Assembly (NCBI GenBank): GCA_963803805.1
Contig: CAWDOD010000008.1
Coordinates: 85,621-149,620 of the forward strand
Reading direction: 5' to 3'
DNA: 64,000 nt
Origin: an uncultured cyanobacterium
GTDB lineage: Bacteria; Cyanobacteriota; Cyanobacteriia; Cyanobacteriales; CAWCAG01
Part shown: piece after piece, positions 41,390-51,417 of the stretch
How the letters are laid out: every line of letters starts with the position of its first letter
Position numbering within the stretch: position 1 is the stretch's first letter
Notes under the pieces: generated by a model
Told to the model about the DNA's origin: nothing
Database searches by the model: none
The model's input: only the letters and a program-made list of their open reading frames with translations
Position numbers and translations under genes: made by a program

Positions 41390-41788
41390 ATGAATGAAGC
41401 AGCAATTCTCTGTGTTGATGATGAAAGCGTTATCCTCGAAAGTCTCCAAGAACAAATTGGTCGCCACTTTGGGGATAAATTTGTCTATGAAGCAGCCGAA
41501 AGTGGTGAAGAAGCCTTAGAAATTGTTGAAGAACTTCGTGAAGAAGGAGTCAAAATAGTTTTAATTGTCTCTGATTGGCTGATGCCGGAGATGCGAGGGG
41601 ATGAACTTTTAGTTCGTATTCATGAGCAGTTTGGTAATGAGATTAAAACTATCATGTTAAGCGGACAAGCCGACGAGTCAGCCGTAGATCGAGCTAAAGA
41701 GGAAGCTAATTTGTATCGTTTCCTGGCTAAACCTTGGCGAGAAGAAGATTTAATCCAAGTCCTCTCAACAGCCTTGAACTCGATATGA
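41390..41788 (+). CDS. Single-domain response regulator
   Basis: Start MNEAAILCVDDE at 41390; VSDWLMP, MLSG, KPW. Confidence 0.92.
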   Translation: MNEAAILCVDDESVILESLQEQIGRHFGDKFVYEAAESGEEALEIVEELREEGVKIVLIVSDWLMPEMRGDELLVRIHEQFGNEIKTIMLSGQADESAVDRAKEEANLYRFLAKPWREEDLIQVLSTALNSI

Positions 41789-43467
41789 ACCGATTAGTAA
41801 TTCTTGCAGTCGATGACGAACCGATGGTGCTAGAAAGCCTTACTGAGGAGTTAGAACGCACTTTTGGTCAAGATTACGACATCGAAGCGGCTGAAAGTGC
41901 TGAAGAAGCTCTCGAAATTATCGATGAACTAACCCAAGAAGGAAGCGAAGTAGCTATCATCGTTTCAGACCATTTGATGCCGGGGATGAAAGGGGATGAA
42001 CTCCTGATTAAAATTCATCACCAATACCCCAGTTCCTTAAAGATTATGCTCACTGGACAAGCTGATGTCAACGAGGTGGGCAACGCTGTCAACTCTGCTA
42101 ACTTGTACCGCTATATTGCTAAACCCTGGGATGCTAATGACCTCAACCTAACGGTTAAAGAAGCTCTCACCAAGTATGTACAGAGAAAACAAATTGAACA
42201 ACAGAATCTACAAATACAGGAAAAAGAGCGTCGCCTGACTCAGTTTTTAGAAGCAATGCCCATTGGTGTGGCGGTTCACAATGCGGTCGGACAAATAACC
42301 TATGCTAATCACAAGGCCAAAGAGTTACTGAAGCTAGATGTTTTACCCGATACTAAAAGCGAGCAACTTTCGGAAGCTTTTAAAGTTTATCGGACTGGCA
42401 CTGAGGAATTGTATCCTACAGAGGAGTTACCAATTGTACGTTCTTTGACGGGGGAAATAGTCCGGGTAGATGATATGGAAATTCACCACTCAGACAGGGT
42501 TGTCCCTCTGGAAGTTTCCACTACACCGATTCGAGATGAGACAGGTAAAATTGCTCAAGCGATCGCCGCTTTTCAAGATATTAGCGATCGCAAAAAAGCC
42601 GAAGCTGAACGAGACAGTTATACACAAGAGTTATTTAAGCTCAACGAAGCCCTTTCTAAATTTGTTCCCCATCAATTTCTACAATCTCTAGATCGGCATA
42701 ATTTGGTTGACATCAAACTAGGAGAATCTGTTGAGAAAAAAATGTCCATTCTCTTTGCTGATATCCGCTCCTTTACTACCCTAAGTGAGCGCATGAGTCC
42801 AGAAGATACCTTTAAATTTATCAATGGCTATCTCCGCCGGATGGAACCAGCAATTATTGAAAATGGGGGTTTTATTGATAAGTATATTGGTGATGCCATC
42901 ATGGCTTTGTTTGAAGGTAGTGCCGAGAATGCGGTCAAAGCGGCCATAGCCATGTTAAAAGCTCTTGCTGAATATAACCTTACCAGGCCAGGACGCGATC
43001 GCCCCCCTCTCAAAATTGGTATTGGCATTAATACCGGCAATTTAATGCTTGGCACAGTTGGGGGTAGCTCTCGCCTTGATACCACCGTCGTTGGCGATGC
43101 GGTTAATCTCAGTGCGCGTCTTCAGGATTTGACTAAGGTTTATCAAGCCCCACTCCTCATCTCCCACAACACCTTAGCTTCTCTCCAAGAGCCGATGAAG
43201 TATGCACTGCGCTTGATCGATCAGGGCAAAGTTCGGGGCAAAACTCAGACAGTGGGAGTGTTTGAGGTTTTTGAAACTGACCCTCCTGAGCAAAAGCAGT
43301 CCAAATTGGCAACGAAGTCGGTTATAGAGACTGCGGTAAGCTACTATTACACCGGAGCGATAGATAAGGCAAAATCACTGTTTCTTGATTGTATACAAAA
43401 AAATCAGGGCGATCGCGTAGCTCAAGTTTATCTGCAACGTTGCCAAAATTCTGAGCCTGCAAACTAA
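41785..43467 (+). CDS. REC-PAS-class III adenylate/guanylate cyclase
   Basis: ATGA overlap with the receiver gene; AVDDE, SDHLMP; LFADIRSFT, DKYIGDAIMA, GIGINTG, GDAVNLSARL. Confidence 0.95.
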   Translation: MNRLVILAVDDEPMVLESLTEELERTFGQDYDIEAAESAEEALEIIDELTQEGSEVAIIVSDHLMPGMKGDELLIKIHHQYPSSLKIMLTGQADVNEVGNAVNSANLYRYIAKPWDANDLNLTVKEALTKYVQRKQIEQQNLQIQEKERRLTQFLEAMPIGVAVHNAVGQITYANHKAKELLKLDVLPDTKSEQLSEAFKVYRTGTEELYPTEELPIVRSLTGEIVRVDDMEIHHSDRVVPLEVSTTPIRDETGKIAQAIAAFQDISDRKKAEAERDSYTQELFKLNEALSKFVPHQFLQSLDRHNLVDIKLGESVEKKMSILFADIRSFTTLSERMSPEDTFKFINGYLRRMEPAIIENGGFIDKYIGDAIMALFEGSAENAVKAAIAMLKALAEYNLTRPGRDRPPLKIGIGINTGNLMLGTVGGSSRLDTTVVGDAVNLSARLQDLTKVYQAPLLISHNTLASLQEPMKYALRLIDQGKVRGKTQTVGVFEVFETDPPEQKQSKLATKSVIETAVSYYYTGAIDKAKSLFLDCIQKNQGDRVAQVYLQRCQNSEPAN

Positions 43468-43650
43468 AAGCGATTTATTTAGGCAACAAAGCAGAATTTA
43501 TGTTATAATTATCTCATTAAATAAAATTCAGTTTCAATTAAAAAATATTTTGTCGGAGCGGGGTTGGGAGCTTTCTTGATTTATTGACAGGAGGTAAACA
43601 TTTAACCTGGCAAATTTTCATGAAGACTACATTCAGCAACACCCTGTTGC

Positions 43651-44865
43651 CTAACTCATAGCGCCATATTTCTTTTGCAGCAAATCCAACTCATTCTGCA
43701 CCGCTTGTTGCATTTGCAAAGTAACAGCTTGCACAGTTCCCTCCTTATCTTCTTTATAAGCTTTAAAGTAGTCTTTCAGGTTAACAGGCTCACCTACCTG
43801 TAAAATAGCTTGGCGGTGTCCTTTTGGCCTAGGGCGTTCGATATTAAACACCTCCCTTTCTAAGCGTGTTAAAGTATCTAAAAAGCGCTCTGGTGTTGGG
43901 GCTGTAGCCACATAACCATCGTAGATAGCATCAAAATTCAGCAATCTAATCAAGCTGGTACGCATAAATTGATAGGTTGACTCTGTTAATTCCTCTGCGC
44001 GAGATTCCAAAACATGATGAATCTTATAAACCCTTTCCCTAAGCTGAAGCTGATCGGAAGTAGTGTAGCTAAGCTTTTCTTCACAAACTTGTAAAATGCG
44101 GCCTTTCAATTGTTCAATACGTTGGTTCCAATCTTGCTGACAACCTCCCTTACTTACAACGTCATATTCTTGTTCAATGTTACTCAGAACTTGTCCTGAA
44201 ATAGCACGCAAACGGGGATAAAACTCCTTAGTGTTTGGAGTTAAGTTTAAAGCAGTTTCTAAGCTGCTTAAACTATCTTGAATCAACTTATTTGTATTGC
44301 CAGTGTAGCGATATTTGATACTAATAGGAACTAAATAAAAGTTGGGTACACTACCATCCTTTTTAGCCAACTTACCCAAAGTTTGTAATGGTAGTTGAAT
44401 AGCCCCAGCACGAAAAGGGGTGACATAATCATTTTGAAAAGAACAACCTCCTTCAGGAAAAAGCACTAAGCGACAAGCCCTTTGACGCAACAAATTAAGA
44501 GTTTGAGTAATACTAGGGCGATCGCCTAATCCTCTTCTAATCGAATAAGCCCCCATCAATTGCATAAATTTACCCTGCAAACCCCAAAAATTATCTTCAG
44601 CAACCATATAATTGAAGATTTCTCCCCAGCGAGTAGAGAGTAAAAACATAGCAATGCCATCACTAAAATTAGGATGATTAGGCATCAAAACCATTCTTTC
44701 TGTTCCTAAGTTTTTCAGCCTCGCTAAACTTTCTGGTTCAATCACTAAATCCAAATGAAAAATTAACTTACCCACTAAAGGGGAGATACTTTGACATAAA
44801 CGAACTAAAAGGGGTTTAATTTTGGAGGGGTAAAATTTAGGGGATTGAACAGCTAATTTGGACAT
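43651..44865 (-). CDS. PlsC-family phospholipid/glycerol acyltransferase
   Basis: NHPNFSD (HxxxxD), GAYSIRRG, LFPEGG. Confidence 0.88.
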   Translation of the reverse strand: MSKLAVQSPKFYPSKIKPLLVRLCQSISPLVGKLIFHLDLVIEPESLARLKNLGTERMVLMPNHPNFSDGIAMFLLSTRWGEIFNYMVAEDNFWGLQGKFMQLMGAYSIRRGLGDRPSITQTLNLLRQRACRLVLFPEGGCSFQNDYVTPFRAGAIQLPLQTLGKLAKKDGSVPNFYLVPISIKYRYTGNTNKLIQDSLSSLETALNLTPNTKEFYPRLRAISGQVLSNIEQEYDVVSKGGCQQDWNQRIEQLKGRILQVCEEKLSYTTSDQLQLRERVYKIHHVLESRAEELTESTYQFMRTSLIRLLNFDAIYDGYVATAPTPERFLDTLTRLEREVFNIERPRPKGHRQAILQVGEPVNLKDYFKAYKEDKEGTVQAVTLQMQQAVQNELDLLQKKYGAMS

Positions 44866-45078
44866 CTCTATTTGTAGTCTTAAGTGAAGCCACCACTTAA
44901 TGTCGTGGGTTTGTTATCTACTTAGAGAGTACTTTAGCAATGGTTGATACAAGGAAATATAGTGGGCAACTTACGAAGGTGACATAATCTTAAATTGCTA
45001 ATGGCTAATGGCTAACAGCTAATAGTTCTCTTCCTAGCTCCTTAATTCCTAGCAAACAAAACTACACTAATAGACAGT

Positions 45079-45111
45079 TTAATAATTGTCATGCTCGTTG
45101 ACAATTATTAA
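45079..45111. promoter_or_regulatory. Perfect 13-bp inverted repeat (hairpin or operator)
   Basis: ttaataattgtca-tgctcgt-tgacaattattaa. Confidence 0.6.
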
Positions 45112-45128
45112 GCGATCGCCGATTCGCT

Positions 45129-46871
45129 TTATGTAATTGCCCAGAAACCTTTAAAATAACCAAAACTGCGGGCTTGTTCCCAAGTAACTTGCAAATCCTT
45201 AAATCCTTTTTCCCCAGGATCATCAACTTGAATAGTATTTTCATCTAACCCATCTAAACGCAGGAAATGTCCTTCCATCCCTACCAAAATTTGCGCCCCA
45301 CTATCTAATAAGGGATTAACTTTTTTAAAAACAGCTTCACGGTAGGTATCAACGGGTAAAAGTACTTCCGCTTTCTCCTGATTTAATTGGTCATACTGCC
45401 AGAGTATCTTATAAATTTTTTGGTCACTTTTTTCAAGTTTCTTAAAAGCTTTATCTCTTTCCTCCCCCTCACTATATTGCTGCAAGTCCTCATTAATTTC
45501 GTTATATCTTTTTCGCCCTTTTTCTGGGTTCTCTCCTCGCAATTGTGCTTTAGTGTAAACTTTTTGCGCTCCACCAATTTGATCTAATTCTTTTGCATAA
45601 ACGCTGTACTTTTTATGTTGCCCTCCAAATTGCTCAATTAAGTACATCATAGTTGCATGATGTGTTGTTTTATTAGCGGCTTTTTTGCGAGCTTCGGATA
45701 CGGCTGCGACAAATGTCTCATCATTCGCTTCACCACCTCCTGACATATGTTTAGCAATGCCAACCAAAGCCATAAAATCAGGCAAACGCAAAGAATCAAA
45801 ATCTGCCGCAGGATCGTATAGTTTGCGCTCTTTATACTTACCTTCAAGGGCTGCAAATATATTCTCAAGTAACTGTTTTGAACCTACATAATCATCTTTA
45901 GTTTTACCGAGTCCTTGCAATACCATCGCTGGAACAGTTACATTACAAGTGCGATCCCAACCCTTACCACCTGTTTTATTGGTTTTCGTGAGCATATTAG
46001 TATTAGCCATCTGCCCAAAATAAGGTACAAGGGGTGCTAAACGGCGATAAAGATATGCTTGAGCCTTCTTAATTTGACTGGCTTCAACATCAGGTATTGC
46101 TGTTCCTAAAGCAGCAATACGTCCGCGCAATTCGGCAATCTTTTCTACACGCTCTGTACGTGCCTCACCAAATTCCTCTTTATGTTTCTCTTCAGGTGGT
46201 AAAGTATTCTGCTCCATCTGTTCCATTTCTTGCACGAGAGCAGAAAATTCAGGATGTTCTAATTCCGGCTGATCGGGCAAACCGGGATTCTTTTCATGAC
46301 TGGGTTGAAGGACAACCACATCTTTAGGAGGCAAGGGAGCAGACTTCTTTTTTTCCTCCTTCTTTTCCTTCTCTACTTTGGTAGGGTTAGCAGAATTACT
46401 ATTTTTAGTATCGCTGTCTGTATTAGTAAGAGCATCCCAAACATCTTCAGCCACATCAGTAACTTGATCCCATAGCGCCCCTATGTCCATAAAGCGCTGA
46501 ATTTGCTGCTCTTCACCTCCTGCAACTGTCTGAATAGTTTTTTTACTTTGCACAGGTTGCCCAGATGCAGGATTGTTAATTTGTTCAACCACTTTCGCTG
46601 CGGTAATATCTGCTTCTTGCTCATATTGATCCCCCGTCTTACCAATGGCAAGCTTAGTTTGAATTGCTGGAGTAGGAGCAGATAGAGAAAAATTAACCAG
46701 ATGATCTCCAAGACGCTCTGCATTCTTCCTACTAATTTCCATTTCTTCTAAAGACTGCCTTTGAGGAGATAGCTGCGTAATGTTAGAGTTTAGCTTACGC
46801 TTATTTTGTAAAGGTTGAGTTGAGGATTTGGAGAGAGATTTTTTCTGGAGGTGAGTCCGGTGGATACCCAT
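45129..46871 (-). CDS. Cassette A: shared N-terminal module (no DUF4157) plus C39-like Cys peptidase C-terminal domain
   Basis: RTHLQKKS...SLEEMEISRKNAERLGDH...IQTKL.IG..GD.YEQEAD; C-terminal YFGQ...TCNVT..AMVL, GHFLRL, VDDPG. Confidence 0.75.
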   Translation of the reverse strand: MGIHRTHLQKKSLSKSSTQPLQNKRKLNSNITQLSPQRQSLEEMEISRKNAERLGDHLVNFSLSAPTPAIQTKLAIGKTGDQYEQEADITAAKVVEQINNPASGQPVQSKKTIQTVAGGEEQQIQRFMDIGALWDQVTDVAEDVWDALTNTDSDTKNSNSANPTKVEKEKKEEKKKSAPLPPKDVVVLQPSHEKNPGLPDQPELEHPEFSALVQEMEQMEQNTLPPEEKHKEEFGEARTERVEKIAELRGRIAALGTAIPDVEASQIKKAQAYLYRRLAPLVPYFGQMANTNMLTKTNKTGGKGWDRTCNVTVPAMVLQGLGKTKDDYVGSKQLLENIFAALEGKYKERKLYDPAADFDSLRLPDFMALVGIAKHMSGGGEANDETFVAAVSEARKKAANKTTHHATMMYLIEQFGGQHKKYSVYAKELDQIGGAQKVYTKAQLRGENPEKGRKRYNEINEDLQQYSEGEERDKAFKKLEKSDQKIYKILWQYDQLNQEKAEVLLPVDTYREAVFKKVNPLLDSGAQILVGMEGHFLRLDGLDENTIQVDDPGEKGFKDLQVTWEQARSFGYFKGFWAIT

Positions 46872-47018
46872 AACTAATTTCCGGTTCTAATCTAGACCTA
46901 GTATTCATTATCTTGGCATCTTTGCCTAGTTTATTTCATTATCTATAAGTCTAATTTTGCCTTTCTAAAAGCCGTTTTAAATCTTACTTACTCATATTAA
47001 ATAGAATTTGGTATAACA

Positions 47019-48314
47019 ATGCCCCGGTTCTCTTTCAAAGACCATCCTTTTCAAATTTTACTTTACCTTGAGTGGATTCTTTTAGGTATTGCTATCTTAG
47101 CTACATTGTCACCTTTTCCTACTGTACAACCCCCTCACTTATTACCTCCTGGTACTAGAAAAGATTTCCTACCACCCGGCTCTCCTTTCGCTGCATTAGG
47201 AAGTATTGTTGCTTTAGGAGGCTTAGGCTTGCACTCCCAAGGCAATTCCCGACTTTGGCAAATTCTCTACACTATTTTAGGATTTACTTTGAGTTGGTTA
47301 GCAATCTTATTGGGAGGGAAAGGGCAAAACGTTTTCCCTCCGTTGCTACTAGTGGTAGTAATTCGTGGCTGTTTGTTATTTCCTTGGAGTGGCCGCTTGA
47401 TTGTTGCCTTATCTGCCTATGCTTCCTTTCTTTTGATGTTCGTGATCTCTTTTTCAGGAATTCGTCCTTTAGGAGTTCCTCTATTAAGGCCTATATTACC
47501 TCTAGGTGCGCGTAGGCTGCCCCCAGAGTTGCTACAAAGTTTGTTGGCTAACCAAATCCTTAATTCTGCATTACTTTTCGCCTTGGTATTAGTTTTTGTT
47601 CTATTGCTAGTTGGAGCTTTATTAGGAGAAAAACAAAGTCGTCAGAAACTAACCTTAGCTAATCGTCGCCTACGACAATATGCACTGTTAATTGAAAACC
47701 AGGCTACGTTACAAGAAAGAAATCGCATTGCCAGAGAAATTCATGACTCTGTAGGGCATTTTCTCACAGCACAGAGCATTCAACTAGAAAATGTGGCGAT
47801 GTTCCTCTCTCAAGATTCTCATCAAGCTGACCATTATTTACAAAGGGCTAGGAGTTTAGGAAAGGAAGCCTTGAGGAATGTACGTCAGTCTGTGGCAACT
47901 TTGCGTACCAATCCTCTCCAAGGTAAAACTTTAGAGGTTGCTTTAAAAGATTTAGCTTCTGAGTTTGAGCAAACAAACCAGATAACCATTCACTCTCAAA
48001 TTGCTTTGCAATCTTCCTTACCAGGAGAAGCTACCATCGCTTTGTTTAGGATCGTTCAAGAAGCCTTAACTAATATCTCTAAACACGCTCAAGCAGATCA
48101 AGTATGGCTGAAGCTAAAGGAAAATGGCAGTATAATTAGCTTAACAATTAAAGATAATGGTCGAGGTTTCGACTTAGAACAAAATACTACTGGATTTGGT
48201 TTAAAGGGAATGCGCGAACGTACAGAAGCCTTGGGGGGAAAGTGTCGAACCATTAGTGAACCTAATGGAGGCTGTAAGATTCAAGTAGCTATACCTTTAA
48301 TCAGTGAACAATGA
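47019..48314 (+). CDS. Membrane sensor histidine kinase (HisKA_3 type)
   Basis: Multiple TMs; ERNRIAREIHDSVGH, QEALTNISKH, DNGRGF, GFGL.GMRER. Confidence 0.95.
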   Translation: MPRFSFKDHPFQILLYLEWILLGIAILATLSPFPTVQPPHLLPPGTRKDFLPPGSPFAALGSIVALGGLGLHSQGNSRLWQILYTILGFTLSWLAILLGGKGQNVFPPLLLVVVIRGCLLFPWSGRLIVALSAYASFLLMFVISFSGIRPLGVPLLRPILPLGARRLPPELLQSLLANQILNSALLFALVLVFVLLLVGALLGEKQSRQKLTLANRRLRQYALLIENQATLQERNRIAREIHDSVGHFLTAQSIQLENVAMFLSQDSHQADHYLQRARSLGKEALRNVRQSVATLRTNPLQGKTLEVALKDLASEFEQTNQITIHSQIALQSSLPGEATIALFRIVQEALTNISKHAQADQVWLKLKENGSIISLTIKDNGRGFDLEQNTTGFGLKGMRERTEALGGKCRTISEPNGGCKIQVAIPLISEQ

Positions 48315-48937
48315 TTAAAATCTTGTTAGTTGATGATCAATATCTTGTTCGGGAAGGATTAAGTAGTTTATTGCAAAATAAGCCTGACTTAGAGATTGTT
48401 GGTGAAGCAGAAAATGGCCAACAGGGAGTAGAAAAGGCTCTTGCTTTACAACCAGATGTAGTACTGATGGATATGCGAATGCCAGTAATGGACGGGGTTG
48501 CCGCTACCCGTACCCTACAAAAACAGGCTCCAGAAATTAAAATTGTTGTACTAACAACCTTTGACGATGACGACTATGTTAGTCAAGCCATGCAATATGG
48601 GGCTAAAGGCTATTTGCTCAAGGATACTCCCTCAGAAGAATTAGCCCAAGCCATACGTTCAGTTCATAAAGGCTACACTCACCTTGGTCCAGGGTTATTT
48701 GAAAAAGTTATGGCCTCTCCGGTGAAAACCGAACCAGAAACACCGCCAGAATTCAATAAACTAACCCCAAGGGAACAAGAAGTACTAAGCTTAATCGCCG
48801 CAGGACAAAGTAATCGTGAAATTGCCGAAACTCTCTACATTTCAGAACGCACAGTAAAAAATCATGTTAATAGTATCCTCAACCGCCTAAATCTGCGCGA
48901 TCGCACTCAAGCAGCGATTTTGTTTAAGTCCCTCTGA
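48311..48937 (+). CDS. NarL/LuxR-family response regulator
   Basis: ATGA overlap; LVDD, LMDMRMP; LTPREQEVL..IA.G.SN.EIA..L.ISE.TVK.H. Confidence 0.96.
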   Translation: MIKILLVDDQYLVREGLSSLLQNKPDLEIVGEAENGQQGVEKALALQPDVVLMDMRMPVMDGVAATRTLQKQAPEIKIVVLTTFDDDDYVSQAMQYGAKGYLLKDTPSEELAQAIRSVHKGYTHLGPGLFEKVMASPVKTEPETPPEFNKLTPREQEVLSLIAAGQSNREIAETLYISERTVKNHVNSILNRLNLRDRTQAAILFKSL

Positions 48938-49006
48938 TAGAAGTAGAAAAATGGGGAGATAGGGAGCTAGGAAGGTCGGGAAATGGGGATCTGGAATAAT
49001 TAGCTT

Positions 49007-49048
49007 AGCAACCAGCAATCAGCAACCAGCCATTAGCCATTAGCCATT
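49007..49048. repeat. STRR heptamer tandem (AGCMAYY)x6
   Basis: agcaacc agcaatc agcaacc agccatt agccatt agccatt, between convergent genes. Confidence 0.75.
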
Positions 49049-50113
49049 CCTAACCTTCTGCCAAATTGTCAAACTTAAAAGCACAATAATACTAGCAAGG
49101 GTAATTTGAGTTGCTAAAGGAGTCATTCCCTGTAGCCTCATCGCCAAAACATTGGAAAGTAGGGTAATAGTCCAAAGGGTAATAGCTGCGTGGCGTTGGG
49201 AAAGTCCCCAATCTAATAGGCGGTGGTGGAGATGGTCTTTGCCGGGAGTACTTAAGGGGTTTTTTCCTGCCATTAAACGACGGACAAAAACCTGAGTGGT
49301 ATCCATTACAGGTAATAATAAAAAAGAAAGAGTAGGAACTAAAGAAAAGACAGTGGTTACTTTTAAGTTCCCTAAAATACTCGCAGCCGCTAACACATAC
49401 CCAAAAAAGTAGGCCCCTGCATCTCCCATAATAATTTTAGAAGGATGAAAATTGTGACGCAAAAAGCCTAATGCTGCTCCTCCTAACGCCGCTAAAAGCA
49501 ACGTCGCTGCCGCCCTTTCTTCAAATTGAGCCGAAACCGCCAGCAAACTCATTGCCGTAATAAAACTCACTCCCCCTGCTAAACCGTCCATACCATCCAT
49601 TAAGTTAATGGCATTGGTAATGCCTACAACCCACAATACTGTTAACAAGGTGGCAAAGAGGGGATCGAGGGGAGTACCCAAGGGAGTTTCAATTTGAATA
49701 TCGCTAGCTACCAACAACAAAGCGGTAATAACTTGGGTGAAAAGGCGAAATAAAGGAGGTAAACTAAATTGGTCATCGATGAAACCGACTAAAACTAATA
49801 TAGAACCTCCCAGGAGAATCGTTAGTACTTGAGCTAATACTCCTTCAATAACAATCGGTCTTAAGTAAGTTGCTAAAACTAGTGCTGCAATTACTCCCGC
49901 ATAAATAGTTAGACCCCCGACATTGGGTAAAGGCTCTTTATTTAGTCTTCTGGCATTAGGTTGATCTGCCCAGCCAACTTGTAAAGCAAAAGAGCGTACT
50001 GAGGGAATAAAACCCTTGGTAACAAACCAAGCTAAGGCGAAGGTGAAAATCACAGCCAGCCAGCCAGTACCGCCAGGGTCAGCAATACCGAGAGATTGTA
50101 GGAAACCGTACAC
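49040..50113 (-). CDS. MraY/WecA-family polyprenyl-phosphate sugar-1-phosphate transferase
   Basis: GFIDD, NAINLMDGMDGL, NFHP..I.MGDAG, DHLHHRL. Confidence 0.92.
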   Translation of the reverse strand: MYGFLQSLGIADPGGTGWLAVIFTFALAWFVTKGFIPSVRSFALQVGWADQPNARRLNKEPLPNVGGLTIYAGVIAALVLATYLRPIVIEGVLAQVLTILLGGSILVLVGFIDDQFSLPPLFRLFTQVITALLLVASDIQIETPLGTPLDPLFATLLTVLWVVGITNAINLMDGMDGLAGGVSFITAMSLLAVSAQFEERAAATLLLAALGGAALGFLRHNFHPSKIIMGDAGAYFFGYVLAAASILGNLKVTTVFSLVPTLSFLLLPVMDTTQVFVRRLMAGKNPLSTPGKDHLHHRLLDWGLSQRHAAITLWTITLLSNVLAMRLQGMTPLATQITLASIIVLLSLTIWQKVRNG

Positions 50114-50198
50114 TTTTATCTCCCAAATTTACGCTCAGATTTCAAGATAATACTTGTATACAATCTCAGTATCAGGATTTACAAGCAATTATCAATTA

Positions 50199-51170
50199 TC
50201 AATTATTAAACCAGCCTAATGCTACTCCTAATAAAATAAGTAGACCAAAACCTAAACGATACCAGACAAAAATCCAAGTATCTTTTTGTTGTAGATAGCG
50301 AATCAAGCCAAAAATCGCTAGGTAGGAGAAAATAGCAGCAGAGATTAAACCGACAATTAAAGGCAACAATTCACTATTACTTATCTCTTGACTCAATAAA
50401 TCCTTAAGTTCTACTAGTCCGGCCAGAGTAATAGCTGGAATGCCCAAAAGAAAAGAAAAACGAGCCGCAGTTGATCTTTCTAAACCAAGAAATAAACCAG
50501 CAGTGATTGTTGAGCCGGAACGAGAAACACCAGGAATTAGGGCTAGGGCTTGGGCTAAGCCCATCAAAACTCCATCTTTGGTAGTTAAAGTCTCGAAGTC
50601 TCTTTGACGCGCTCCTAGACGTTCTGCCACCCCTAGTAACAATCCCATCACAATAGAGGCAATGGCGATCGCGCTCATACTCCTTAAAGGAGAGTTGTCT
50701 AAATCAGGAATGAAAGCTTTCATTCCTAAACCCAAAATCACAATGGGTATAGTTCCAATAGCGATACCCAAGGCCATGCGGAAATCCTGGGATTTATAAT
50801 CAGATTTACCGATAGCTTGCCAAGTCCCCAAAGTAACTTGGATTAAATCTTCCCAAAAGTAATAAACTACTGCAGCAATGCTACCCAATTGAATAATGGC
50901 GGTGTAAGCAACTCCAGGATCACCCCAGCCAAGAAAGATAGGAACAACTTTAAGATGGGCAGTACTACTTATAGGTAAAAATTCAGTTAAACCCTGTACC
51001 ATCCCCAAAACCACAGCTTGGAAGACATTTATTTGGGTAGTTGTTTGGCTAGAGGTTCCTGGAATGCTTAAGGCTTGATGAGGAAAGAAAGACTCTATGG
51101 TCACAAGTACCGCTAGGGCGAAGGCTGCTGTACTAGCAAAATTAAACCACTTTCGTTTTTTTAAGTTCAT
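50199..51170 (-). CDS. uppP: Undecaprenyl-diphosphate phosphatase
   Basis: VQGLTEFLPISSTAH, IQLG, PGVSRSG.T, A.FSFLL. Confidence 0.96.
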   Translation of the reverse strand: MNLKKRKWFNFASTAAFALAVLVTIESFFPHQALSIPGTSSQTTTQINVFQAVVLGMVQGLTEFLPISSTAHLKVVPIFLGWGDPGVAYTAIIQLGSIAAVVYYFWEDLIQVTLGTWQAIGKSDYKSQDFRMALGIAIGTIPIVILGLGMKAFIPDLDNSPLRSMSAIAIASIVMGLLLGVAERLGARQRDFETLTTKDGVLMGLAQALALIPGVSRSGSTITAGLFLGLERSTAARFSFLLGIPAITLAGLVELKDLLSQEISNSELLPLIVGLISAAIFSYLAIFGLIRYLQQKDTWIFVWYRLGFGLLILLGVALGWFNN

Positions 51171-51417
51171 ATCTTTGGGCTGACGGGTAAAAGATTTTAG
51201 TTTAAAGGCTAAAGGTTAAGAAAGTTGGAAGACTAAAACTAAGGGCAAATAACCAATAACTAACCATTAATCAATACCCTTTATACTCCGTCGCTGTTTG
51301 CCTTTCCGCTTGATTTGATTCCAATACTGTACTACTTTTATTAATATGCCCCCCAGGGGTATTGATGGTGTTATCTTTATAGATATGTAAAGATAAGTAA
51401 AAAAAATTAAAGGTATT

